This document shows positions 39,904 through 47,773 of a stretch of 64,000 nucleotides of DNA, piece by piece; positions within the stretch are counted from its first letter, which is position 1; each line of letters opens with the position of its first letter. Below the pieces are notes generated by a model, which was not told the DNA's origin, made no database searches, and was given only the letters and a program-made list of their open reading frames with translations. The stretch is taken from NCBI GenBank assembly GCA_030038235.1, contig JASHPE010000213.1, forward strand, positions 1,233-65,232, written 5' to 3'. The translations under genes and the position numbers were made by a program. This stretch comes from Terriglobia bacterium (lineage in GTDB: Bacteria > Acidobacteriota > Terriglobia > UBA7540).

Positions 39904-40962
39904 ATGGCAAATGGCAAAGTGCAAATCGCAAATGTTGTTCACGAACCACGAACCCCGAATCCTGAACCCCAAAATCGGCAATCGGCAATCGCCAATCGCC
40001 AATCGCCAACCTCGGAGTTCGCCCCCGGGATCGACGTCACCATTGCCGGCGTCCGCTTCCAGAATCCCGTCCTCACTGCAAGCGGCACGTTCGGCTACGG
40101 ACAGGAATTCGCCAACATCATCGACCTCAACCGGCTGGGCGGGATCTGCGTCAAAGGCATCTCCGCCGATCCGATGCCGGGCAATCCGCCGCCGCGCATC
40201 TACGAAACCGAGTCCGGCATGCTGAACGCCATCGGATTGCAGAATGTGGGCGCGAAGCGTTTCCTGCAAGAGAAGTTGCCGTTCCTGCGCACGCTCAAGG
40301 CGCGCTGCGTGGTGAACGTTTTCGGCTATTCGACCGAAGATTACGTCCGCTGCCTCGAGACGCTGAATACGGGCGACGGCATCGATGCCTACGAGCTGAA
40401 CATCTCGTGCCCGAACACGCGTTGCGGCGGGATCGTGTACGGCAGCGATCCGAAGCTGACCGAGGAGGTCGTCACAGCGTCGAAGCGGGCGGCGCGCTTT
40501 CCGCTGTTTGTGAAGCTCTCGCCCAACGTCACGGACATAACAGTCTTCGCACGCGCGGCACAAGAGGGCGGCGCCGATGCGCTGACGCTGGTGAACACGT
40601 TTGTGGGCATGGCGATTGACGTGGAGACGCGCACGCCGCGCATCTCCAACGTGACCGCCGGACTGTCGGGGCCCGCGATCAAGCCGCTCGCCCTGCGCCT
40701 CGTGCATCAGGCTGCGCGCGCCGTGCACATTCCGATTATCGGCATCGGCGGAATCGCCTCTCCGGAGGACGCGCTCGAGTTCCTGATCGCAGGCGCGTGC
40801 GCCGTGCAAGTGGGCACGGCGAACTTCTATGCGCCCGACACGCCAATTCGCGTCGCCGAAGGTATCGAGGACTATTGCCGCCGGCAGCGGATTCACCTCG
40901 ATCAACTCGTGGGCAGCCTGAAGTTGCCCCTGAGCGATCCCAGCCGAGTCGCAGAGCACTGA
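39904..40962 (+). CDS. pyrD: dihydroorotate dehydrogenase (type 1B) catalytic subunit, with repeat-encoded N-terminal extension
   Basis: Core sequence 'VRFQNPVLTASGTFGYG', 'NISCPN' and 'GIGGI'. The only canonical in-frame starts are ATG 39904 and GTG 39919, which gives a roughly 40-aa low-complexity leader. Confidence 0.85.
   Translation: MANGKVQIANVVHEPRTPNPEPQNRQSAIANRQSPTSEFAPGIDVTIAGVRFQNPVLTASGTFGYGQEFANIIDLNRLGGICVKGISADPMPGNPPPRIYETESGMLNAIGLQNVGAKRFLQEKLPFLRTLKARCVVNVFGYSTEDYVRCLETLNTGDGIDAYELNISCPNTRCGGIVYGSDPKLTEEVVTASKRAARFPLFVKLSPNVTDITVFARAAQEGGADALTLVNTFVGMAIDVETRTPRISNVTAGLSGPAIKPLALRLVHQAARAVHIPIIGIGGIASPEDALEFLIAGACAVQVGTANFYAPDTPIRVAEGIEDYCRRQRIHLDQLVGSLKLPLSDPSRVAEH
39906..40013. 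repeat. simple-sequence hairpin element incl. 7-mer tandem repeat (CAATCGG/CAATCGC x5)
   Basis: Left arm TGGCAAATGGCAAAGTGCAAATCGCAAATG; right arm AATCGGCAATCGGCAATCGCCAATCGCCAATCGCCA. The arms are imperfectly complementary. It lies between the pyrK stop and the conserved pyrD core. Confidence 0.65.
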
Positions 40963-40972
40963 CCTTGAAGAA

Positions 40973-41398
40973 CTACCGCCGGGATTTCTTGGCCGGCTTC
41001 TTCTTCGCAACCTGTTTCTTCTTGGGGGCAACCTTCTTCGCCTTCTTGGGCGCGGCCTTGCGAGCGGGCTGGGCGCGCTTGACTGCTTGGGCCCGCTTAG
41101 CGGGACGGCTCGCCACCACTGCCGCTTTCTTGGACTTCGCCTTTGGCTTGGGTGCGGCTTTCTTGGCCTTCGGCGCGGATTTTCGTGCTGGAGGCGCTTC
41201 CTCCTGCACGGGTTCTTCGGCTGCAGGCGGCGCAATTACTTCCTCTACGACAACTTCTTCATAGGTGGCGTCGTCGTCGCCTCCGACGTCTTCCGTGTCA
41301 CTCTCGCCCTCGGCTCCTTCTTCCTCCTCCCGGTAGTCGGAAGATAGCTCGTCGCCAAAGTTGTCCAGCTCATCGCCGGGATCTCGATCGAAAACCAT
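40973..41398 (-). CDS. bipolar protein: acidic N-terminus + histone H1-like Lys/Ala/Pro-rich C-terminus
   Basis: Residues 1-60 are rich in D/E. The last roughly 70 aa are AKKAAPKPKAKSKK-type repeats, resembling H1/AlgP-like nucleoid proteins. Confidence 0.65.
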   Translation of the reverse strand: MVFDRDPGDELDNFGDELSSDYREEEEGAEGESDTEDVGGDDDATYEEVVVEEVIAPPAAEEPVQEEAPPARKSAPKAKKAAPKPKAKSKKAAVVASRPAKRAQAVKRAQPARKAAPKKAKKVAPKKKQVAKKKPAKKSRR

Positions 41399-41539
41399 GA
41401 TGCCTCCTCGCGGATGCTCCCGACAGGCGGGAGCCGGCTCCGGGCTGCCGTGCGTGTCTCGGGGCGGCGCGCCACAGTACCAGCCGCAGATGTATACCAG
41501 TGCAAGGCATCTGTCAAGCGGGAAGAAGTGCCTGCTTCA

Positions 41540-42595
41540 TTATTTCAGCAGCGCCGGGTCTCCACCCGCCTTTACGATCGCGCCAGCAAGGTCGTCTTTC
41601 ACTTTAGCGCGGTTCCGCAGGTCCTCAAGATAGGCGGATTTCAACACCTGCTCGCGCTCGCTGGTCAGGGTATCGAGAATCGTTTTCCGCACTCCCGGAT
41701 CGGAAGCCGGCCGCTGGCCCGCCTGCTCCCGCTCCAAAAGCTTCAGAATGTGAAAATCGCCCTTCTGATCGCGCACCACCCCGGAGACCTGGCCCACGCG
41801 CATGGCGTTCACGGCCAGCCGCAACGGGGGATCGGCCGCAATCGAGGACGCCGGCAGATAGCCCATGTCGCCGCCGCCGGAAGACGTGGCGGGATCCTCC
41901 GAGTACTCCTCGGCCAGCTTGGCGAAATCCTGTCCGGCCTTCAGATCTTGTTGGATCATAAGCACCTTGCGGAGGGCGTCACGGCGCCCGACGGCGTCGC
42001 TGTGCTTCAGATTGTGTGCCGCAGGGTCACGCAACACGGTCACCAGGATTTGCGCCAGGTGGTAGCGAGTCTCGGGCACGTCGAATTGCGATTGGTGCTG
42101 GCGGTAGTAGGCCTCTATCTCCGCGGGGGTTATCTTGACCTGCCCGGTCACGTCGTGGTCCATCAGCTTATCGATCAGCAGGCTGTGGCGCAGTTGATCG
42201 CGGAGCGTGGCGAGCGTCATTCCCTGATCGGCAAGCTTCTTCTGAAACTGCTCCGGTGAATAAGGACTGCTGAGCGTCGCCACCTGGCGGTCCACATCCG
42301 CCTCGGTCACCGTGATCCGCTCCTCTGCCGCGCGCTCGGTAAGAAGTTCGTCATCAATGAGGTCGTTCAGTAGATTCAGCTTCAGGCTTAGAACCTGCTC
42401 ACTGCTGATCGACTCCTGACCGCCCGGGAATCGACGCTTATATGCGTTCTCCACATCGTCGCGGTAGATGGGATGGCCGTTCACCTCTGCCCATACCTCG
42501 CGGTTGCTGGAACGACGGCAGCCGGCGAGCCCGACAACCGCGAGCAGAGCCAGACTAGCCGCCCGCCGAACGAATCTCCTGTCGAAGCACGTCAT
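41540..42595 (-). CDS. SurA-like peptidyl-prolyl cis-trans isomerase (PpiC/parvulin type), lipoprotein-like signal
   Basis: 'LALLAVVGLAGC' lipobox-like signal, a SurA N-terminal-like chaperone region and a parvulin domain ('GGDMGYLPASS...GDFHILKLLE'). The start is taken at ATG 42595, because the track ORF N-terminus runs through a REP element. Confidence 0.75.
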   Translation of the reverse strand: MTCFDRRFVRRAASLALLAVVGLAGCRRSSNREVWAEVNGHPIYRDDVENAYKRRFPGGQESISSEQVLSLKLNLLNDLIDDELLTERAAEERITVTEADVDRQVATLSSPYSPEQFQKKLADQGMTLATLRDQLRHSLLIDKLMDHDVTGQVKITPAEIEAYYRQHQSQFDVPETRYHLAQILVTVLRDPAAHNLKHSDAVGRRDALRKVLMIQQDLKAGQDFAKLAEEYSEDPATSSGGGDMGYLPASSIAADPPLRLAVNAMRVGQVSGVVRDQKGDFHILKLLEREQAGQRPASDPGVRKTILDTLTSEREQVLKSAYLEDLRNRAKVKDDLAGAIVKAGGDPALLK

Positions 42596-42677
42596 TCCCG
42601 CGCAAGCGGGAATCCATTGTGGAAGTCCCTGGAAATCGGGTGTCGAGGAACTGGATTCCCGCTTGCACGGGAATGAC
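42591..42677. repeat. REP-like inverted repeat (GTCATTCCCGCGCAAGCGGGAATCC ... GGATTCCCGCTTGCACGGGAATGAC)
   Basis: 25-nt arms, each also self-complementary, separated by about 37 nt. It overlaps the proposed PPIase start codon. Confidence 0.65.
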
Positions 42678-42717
42678 GTGCCTCGAAAAGCGTGCTCGAA
42701 TCTGTAGAGTCCCTTTC

Positions 42718-43269
42718 TCACAGCGAAACCAGCCGCACCAGCGGCGCGCCCGTCTCAACGCCCGCGCCCTCTGCTGGGTAAATCCGCTCCACGCGTCCGG
42801 CGCGCGGAGACCGCAGCTCGTTCTGCATCTTCATGGCTTCGATCACCAGCAGCCCTTGCCCGTCCTCGACCTCGTCGCCTTCGCCGACCAGCAGCTTGAC
42901 GACTTTGCCGGGCATGGGCGCGCTCACGTCCCGGACACCGTCAGAACCGGCCAGACGGCGACGGCCCTTCCATGCTCGCGGATCGTCAAGCTCCACCCGG
43001 TATGACTTGCTGCCCACGCGCACTGAGTACTCGCGCGAACTCTCGGCGCCGGGCGCCGGCGTCACATGGGCCTCATAGGAGCGGTCTTCGAGCAGGATCG
43101 AGTAACGGCCGGGACCGACTCGCACCCAGTTCGCTTGAATGGGCGGCTCGGAGTCCAGGCGGCATTGCGTTTCACCAGCGTCTGCGCCGTTGATACTGCT
43201 TTCGATTTCGATCTGGTGCTCGGACGTTGCCCAGCTCGAGCCCAGCGTTACTTTGAGTTTTGTCGCCAC
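42718..43269 (-). CDS. accB: biotin carboxyl carrier protein (biotinyl domain)
   Basis: C-terminal 'GQGLLVIEAMKMQNELRSPRAGRV' with the biotinylated AMKM lysine. Confidence 0.8.
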   Translation of the reverse strand: MATKLKVTLGSSWATSEHQIEIESSINGADAGETQCRLDSEPPIQANWVRVGPGRYSILLEDRSYEAHVTPAPGAESSREYSVRVGSKSYRVELDDPRAWKGRRRLAGSDGVRDVSAPMPGKVVKLLVGEGDEVEDGQGLLVIEAMKMQNELRSPRAGRVERIYPAEGAGVETGAPLVRLVSL

Positions 43270-43289
43270 CGAGCGGCGCCTCCGCCTAG

Positions 43290-43400
43290 CACTGTAGCGC
43301 CGGTGTCCCCACCGGCGCGCTAACAGCCGAAAAATTCGCCGGTGAGGACACCGGCGCGCTCACAGCCGAAGAATTCGCCGGTGAGGACACCGGCGCTACA
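43290..43400. repeat. REP-like hairpin array, same family as 6661-6835
   Basis: One inverted copy (GCGCCGGTGTCCCCACCGGCGC) plus two direct TTCGCCGGTGAGGACACCGGCGC copies spaced by about 36 nt. Confidence 0.75.
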
Positions 43401-44946
43401 ACCTTCCTCGTCGCGGCCAGTTGTGGAGCTGTGCCTCGCGTCCCGCCTGCTTCCACGCGCTCGACGGGCTCGTGCCGTTCACCGCCGGCGTTCGCGGCGC
43501 GGAACCTGCCTCCAGAGCGGCTGCCAGCACAGCGGCAATCTCGGCTTCAGAAGACACTCTGTCGCCGGCACCACCCGCAGATTCATGATCCGCCCGCTCG
43601 GGAGCGCTGCCGGCGATAATGCGGCCGACCAGACCCGTGTCCAGGCGTCCGGCGAGGAAATCCTCATTCTTCAGAACTCGCCGGAAGAATGGAATCGTGG
43701 TCTCCAGGCCGCCCACTTCATACTCATCGAGCGCCCTGCCAAGCCGCGCCGCGGCTTCGTTGCGGTCCCCGCCCCAAACGATCAGCTTGGCCATCAGCGG
43801 ATCGTAATCGAGCGGCACGCGCCAACCCTCATAGACGCCGCTGTCGTTGCGCACGCCCGGTCCCTCCGGAAGGCGCCAGGCTGTGATCAAGCCGGGTGAG
43901 GGGAAGAAGTCGCGCGCCGGGTCTTCGGCCGAGATGCGGCACTCGATGGCCGCGCCGCGCATTGCCACGTCTTCCTGGCGGATCGTAAGGCGCTCGCCGG
44001 CGGCGATCCGGATTTGCTCCTTGACCAGATCGACCCCCGTCACCAACTCCGTAACCGGATGCTCCACCTGCAGCCTGGCGTTGACCTCGAGGAAATAGAA
44101 ATTGCGCTGGGCGTCTACCAGAAACTCCGCGGTTCCGGCGTTCCAGTAGCCGGCGAGCTGGCCCAGCCGCACTGCGGTCTCGCCCATCCGGCATCTCAAA
44201 TCCTTATCGGCCACCGGCGATGGACATTCCTCCATCACTTTCTGATGACGGCGCTGCAGCGAGCACTCCCGCTCTCCAAGGTGGATCAGGTTGCCGTAAC
44301 GGTCGCCGAGAAGCTGGATCTCCACGTGACGCGGCCGCTCGATGAGCTTCTCGATAAAGATCGTGTCGTCGCCGAAGGCGTTGTAAGCCTCGGAGCAAGC
44401 GTCGCGCCAGGCGCTCTTGAGGTGCTCCGGCGCCGTCACCGTGCGCATACCCTTGCCGCCGCCGCCGGCTGCTGCCTTCAGCATGACGGGCAGCCCGATC
44501 CGCTTGGCCGCCTCCTGGACATCCTCGAAGCTGCGGAGGTCCTGCGCGCCTGGAACGACTGGCAGCCCGGCGCCGACGGCGAGATCGCGCGCCCCAGTCT
44601 TCGATCCCAGCCGCTCCATGGCTTCGGGGGGAGGACCAATAAACGTGAGTCGGGCGTCGGCCACGGCCCGAGCGAAGGCCGGGTTCTCCGACAGAAACCC
44701 ATAGCCCGGATGGACGGCGTCGGCGCCGATCGATCGGGCCGCGTCCACGACGCGGGCGATGTTCAGATAGCTCTCGCGGGAAGCCGCCGGACCGATGGCC
44801 ACGGCCTCGTCGGCGTAGCGCACGTGCAGCGACCTGCGGTCGGCTTCGGAGTAGACGGCTACAGTTCCGATGCCCATCTCGCGGCAGGCGCGCATCACGC
44901 GCACGGCGATCTCACCACGATTGGCTACGAGGATCTTTTTGAACAA
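43396..44946 (-). CDS. accC: biotin carboxylase (acetyl/acyl-CoA carboxylase subunit) with C-terminal extension
   Basis: 'FKKILVANRGEIAVRVMRAC', an ATP-grasp domain, 'EMNTR'-equivalent 'LEVNARLQVEHPVTE'. TTG 44946 gives the canonical MFKKIL N-terminus; ATG 44970 is the alternative start. Confidence 0.9.
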   Translation of the reverse strand: MFKKILVANRGEIAVRVMRACREMGIGTVAVYSEADRRSLHVRYADEAVAIGPAASRESYLNIARVVDAARSIGADAVHPGYGFLSENPAFARAVADARLTFIGPPPEAMERLGSKTGARDLAVGAGLPVVPGAQDLRSFEDVQEAAKRIGLPVMLKAAAGGGGKGMRTVTAPEHLKSAWRDACSEAYNAFGDDTIFIEKLIERPRHVEIQLLGDRYGNLIHLGERECSLQRRHQKVMEECPSPVADKDLRCRMGETAVRLGQLAGYWNAGTAEFLVDAQRNFYFLEVNARLQVEHPVTELVTGVDLVKEQIRIAAGERLTIRQEDVAMRGAAIECRISAEDPARDFFPSPGLITAWRLPEGPGVRNDSGVYEGWRVPLDYDPLMAKLIVWGGDRNEAAARLGRALDEYEVGGLETTIPFFRRVLKNEDFLAGRLDTGLVGRIIAGSAPERADHESAGGAGDRVSSEAEIAAVLAAALEAGSAPRTPAVNGTSPSSAWKQAGREAQLHNWPRRGRL

Positions 44947-45485
44947 GAGTCGACCTATTCCAGGGAACATCCACGAGGTCCCGTAAGCGATTATAACCGG
45001 TCACTGGGTAATTCCCTCGGTCGGGTAATGGTGGGGAACCGTCCTTTAGCGCGTCATTCTCCCGGAAGCGCGAATCCGTGGGGTTTTCGCGCAGGCTACA
45101 GGAAAACGAGCCGGCAAAACGCCCATGTCTATTAGTTTCATCAACATCGTGGGACTTACCTTTCAACATTTGAACCTGGTCCTTTATTATCAACAACATC
45201 GTGGGACTTACCTTCATTTTCGATAGGCGATGCCCCTTGGTAGGCGTGCCCTCGGTCCTGCTGCGTTGCCATTTGCGGAACTGCCGGAGCGCGCTCCCAA
45301 GCCAAATTGGTGTTGGCGACCACCCAGCACAATCTGCATTGGGAGAGATATTATTGCAAGTGTCCCGTTTTCTGTAAGATTCCGGGTTCGTTCGCAGTTC
45401 AGCCCGATTCGCGCCCGGTTCGGTGGTCAACCGAACTCCCTGGGGGCGCGGCGAGTGTAGTGGACTCCTGAGCGTTGGCGCGATT

Positions 45486-45595
45486 GGTGGGGAGCAAAGC
45501 CGGGAGTGCGGTGAGGGGATCGGCAAATGGACACAGGGACAACCCCCGGATTGCCAGGCGCCTTGCAAGCGCCTGCCGTGAATTGCCTCCCCACC
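45486..45595. other. candidate structured RNA element in long non-coding region
   Basis: A 9-bp closing helix GGTGGGGAG/CTCCCCACC encloses a perfect 7-bp hairpin CAGGCGC-CTTGCAA-GCGCCTG (45555-45575) and GGGG/CCCC pairings. Strand and function are unknown. Confidence 0.25.
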
Positions 45596-45857
45596 CACAC
45601 TCGTAACACGCGATCAATTAATTATCAAGTAAAATTATCAGAATCAGGCGCGGAACGGACCCTGCGGACGTTAGGCAAGTCAGGGTAACCGGCAGAAACT
45701 GAGGAAAGTATGGGGCGGTCGCTCTTTCAGCGGCTTAGCGGGCGCCGTCCCTCCTGCTTGTTGCTCCAGGTTTTCTCTTGCCCGAAGTGGACTCTATGGC
45801 CGAGGTTGACCGCTATTTGACGGAGCTGAGGCGGGCGAGCGAAATCTCGGTTGAGGA

Positions 45858-46547
45858 CTACCTCGAAACGGAGTTTACCTCAGCGGAAACGATCGGGCCA
45901 TGCAGGAGCGGTTCGAGGAGATCATGGACGGCGCGCTGCTCCTCGTCAAGACGGCCGGTAAAGAAATGGTCCGCGCCTTCCACCCAGTGGATCTGTTTGG
46001 GCTCGGCCAGGGCGTCGAAGAGCCGGATGACGCGGTCGCGTGGTCCGTGGATGTCTTCGGAACCCTGGACGATCAGCTTCGGCTTGGTGACCGGCAAGAG
46101 AAAGCCGAAGTCATACGACCCCGCGGGAACGCCGAGTCCGACGAGCGCCGCGACACGAGGATCGGCTGCGCCCACCGACAGTCCAACCCAGGAGCCGAAC
46201 GAGAATCCCATCATCACGAGCGGCAGGCCGGGGAAACGTCCGCTCAGGAAGTCCAGCGCCGCACGGGCGTCGTCACGCTCGCCGATCCCTTGAGCGAACA
46301 CGCCCTCGCTCTTGCCGACGCCGCGAAAATTGAAGCGCAAAGTGGGCAGGCCGAGGCTCAGCGCCGCTTTGGCGGCACGAAAAACCGCCTTGGTGTGCAT
46401 GGTACCACCGTAAAGGGGATGGGGATGGCAGACAACCGTCGCGATACGCGGCTGCGCATCCGGAATCCACTCGAGCAGACCTTCGAGACGCCCCGAAGGA
46501 CCGGGGATGAACGTTCGTTCAATTCGAGTTGAATGGGGAGAGGTCAT
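45858..46547 (-). CDS. alpha/beta-fold hydrolase
   Basis: 'VVCHPHPLYGGTMH', the nucleophile elbow 'GFSFGS', and 'GSEDIHGP...GADHFF'. Confidence 0.75.
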   Translation of the reverse strand: MTSPHSTRIERTFIPGPSGRLEGLLEWIPDAQPRIATVVCHPHPLYGGTMHTKAVFRAAKAALSLGLPTLRFNFRGVGKSEGVFAQGIGERDDARAALDFLSGRFPGLPLVMMGFSFGSWVGLSVGAADPRVAALVGLGVPAGSYDFGFLLPVTKPKLIVQGSEDIHGPRDRVIRLFDALAEPKQIHWVEGADHFFTGRLDEEQRAVHDLLEPLLHGPIVSAEVNSVSR

Positions 46548-46792
46548 GTCAGGGGTCAGGGCTTAGGGGTCAGGGGTAGGGGCCCAGTCGTCAGTTGTCG
46601 GCTGTCGGTTGTCAGTTCTCGGTTCCCGGTTTCGTACGTTCATCGTTCATAATCGCTGACGCATCATTCAGTGTAAAATAGAACGCACTCCTGATGATGG
46701 GCTGAGGTGCAATCATCAAGCCGAAGACCCTTGTTATTCTCATCCTGCTGGTCCTGGCGGGCGCCGGGTTCGTCTATTACCGCCTGATCTAC

Positions 46793-47758
46793 GTGCCCCA
46801 CCACGCTGAAAAGGGTGTGGCGGAGTATGTGCTGCCGCAAACCCTGGACGTGATGGACACCACGGCCGAGATCCGCAACGTGATCGGACACTTGAAGGCG
46901 GGCGATCGCGTCCACGTGATCGCGCAGACCGCGCACTGGTCCGAGCTAAACCTGCCCGGAGGTCTGACAGGCTGGGTGGAAACGAAGTATCTGCTGGATG
47001 GGGGCACTTACGATCGCGGGATCAAGCTGCTTGAGGATCTCCAGCACTCGCCACCCCAGGGGGCCGGCCACGCCGACAACGTCACCAATCTTCATCTCGA
47101 GCCGGCGCGGGACTCGATCGTGCTCGCCGAACTGAACCAAAACGAGCCGCTCGAAATCTACACTCGACAGCTGGTGGATCGTCCTGTGACCGCGCCCGCA
47201 TCCAAGACGGCTGCGCGGCCGCATGACGCGTGGTACCTGGTACGCACCAGATCCCAGGCTGGCTGGGTGCTGGGGCGGTTCATCGACCTCGACGTACCGG
47301 CCGGCATCGCCCTGTATGCCCAGGGGATCAACATGGTCGGCTGGCAGGTGCTGAAGACGGTGCGCGACGGCAACGCCGATATGCCGGAATACCTGGTGGC
47401 CGATCGCATGGGGGACGAAACCGTCGATTTCAATCACATTCGGGTGTTCACCTGGTGGATTAAGAACCACAAGTACGTGACCGCCTATGTGCAGAGCGGC
47501 CTCGACGGTCATTTTCCTATAGAGGTCAAACAAGCGACTGATCTACACTACTACGCGCAGCCTTCGCCCTATTTCCGGCTGCGCCTGATCGATGACGACG
47601 GGCAACGTTATCAGGAGGTCTACGGACTGTTCGATACCATCGTCCGCCCGGTGGGCCGGGTTGAAGGATGGGACTCGGACGCGATGCCCGAGCCTCCACC
47701 GCCGCGCGAGCGGCACGAGGAGCGGTCGAGGCCCGGGGCGCGGCGAAGGCATCACTGA
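46793..47758 (+). CDS. membrane-anchored SH3-domain protein (true start probably upstream of 46793)
   Basis: Bacterial SH3-like segments ('GDRVHVIAQTAHWSELNLPGGLTGWVETKYL', 'WYLVRTRSQAGWVLGRFI'). The in-frame upstream sequence encodes a TM helix but has no ATG/GTG/TTG codon. Confidence 0.65.
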   Translation: MPHHAEKGVAEYVLPQTLDVMDTTAEIRNVIGHLKAGDRVHVIAQTAHWSELNLPGGLTGWVETKYLLDGGTYDRGIKLLEDLQHSPPQGAGHADNVTNLHLEPARDSIVLAELNQNEPLEIYTRQLVDRPVTAPASKTAARPHDAWYLVRTRSQAGWVLGRFIDLDVPAGIALYAQGINMVGWQVLKTVRDGNADMPEYLVADRMGDETVDFNHIRVFTWWIKNHKYVTAYVQSGLDGHFPIEVKQATDLHYYAQPSPYFRLRLIDDDGQRYQEVYGLFDTIVRPVGRVEGWDSDAMPEPPPPRERHEERSRPGARRRHH

Positions 47759-47773
47759 TCGCCGGGTACGACT

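Noticed and set aside
39604-41235. 543-aa minus-strand ORF spanning pyrK-pyrD and the H1-like gene
   Set aside because: It has an Arg/Pro-rich low-complexity translation and is antisense to the motif-bearing pyrD. Its 5' part is an alternative frame of the 40973-41398 gene.
44912-45598. 228-aa minus-strand ORF in the long gap upstream of accC
   Set aside because: Low-complexity Pro/Arg/Ser-rich translation that runs through direct repeats and overlaps the accC 5' end. Treated as non-coding.
45701-45709. RNase P RNA-like 'GAGGAAAGT' motif
   Set aside because: The following bases (ATGGGGCGG) and the surrounding sequence lack the other universally conserved RNase P blocks. tmRNA, SRP, cobalamin and TPP consensus elements were also not seen by eye.
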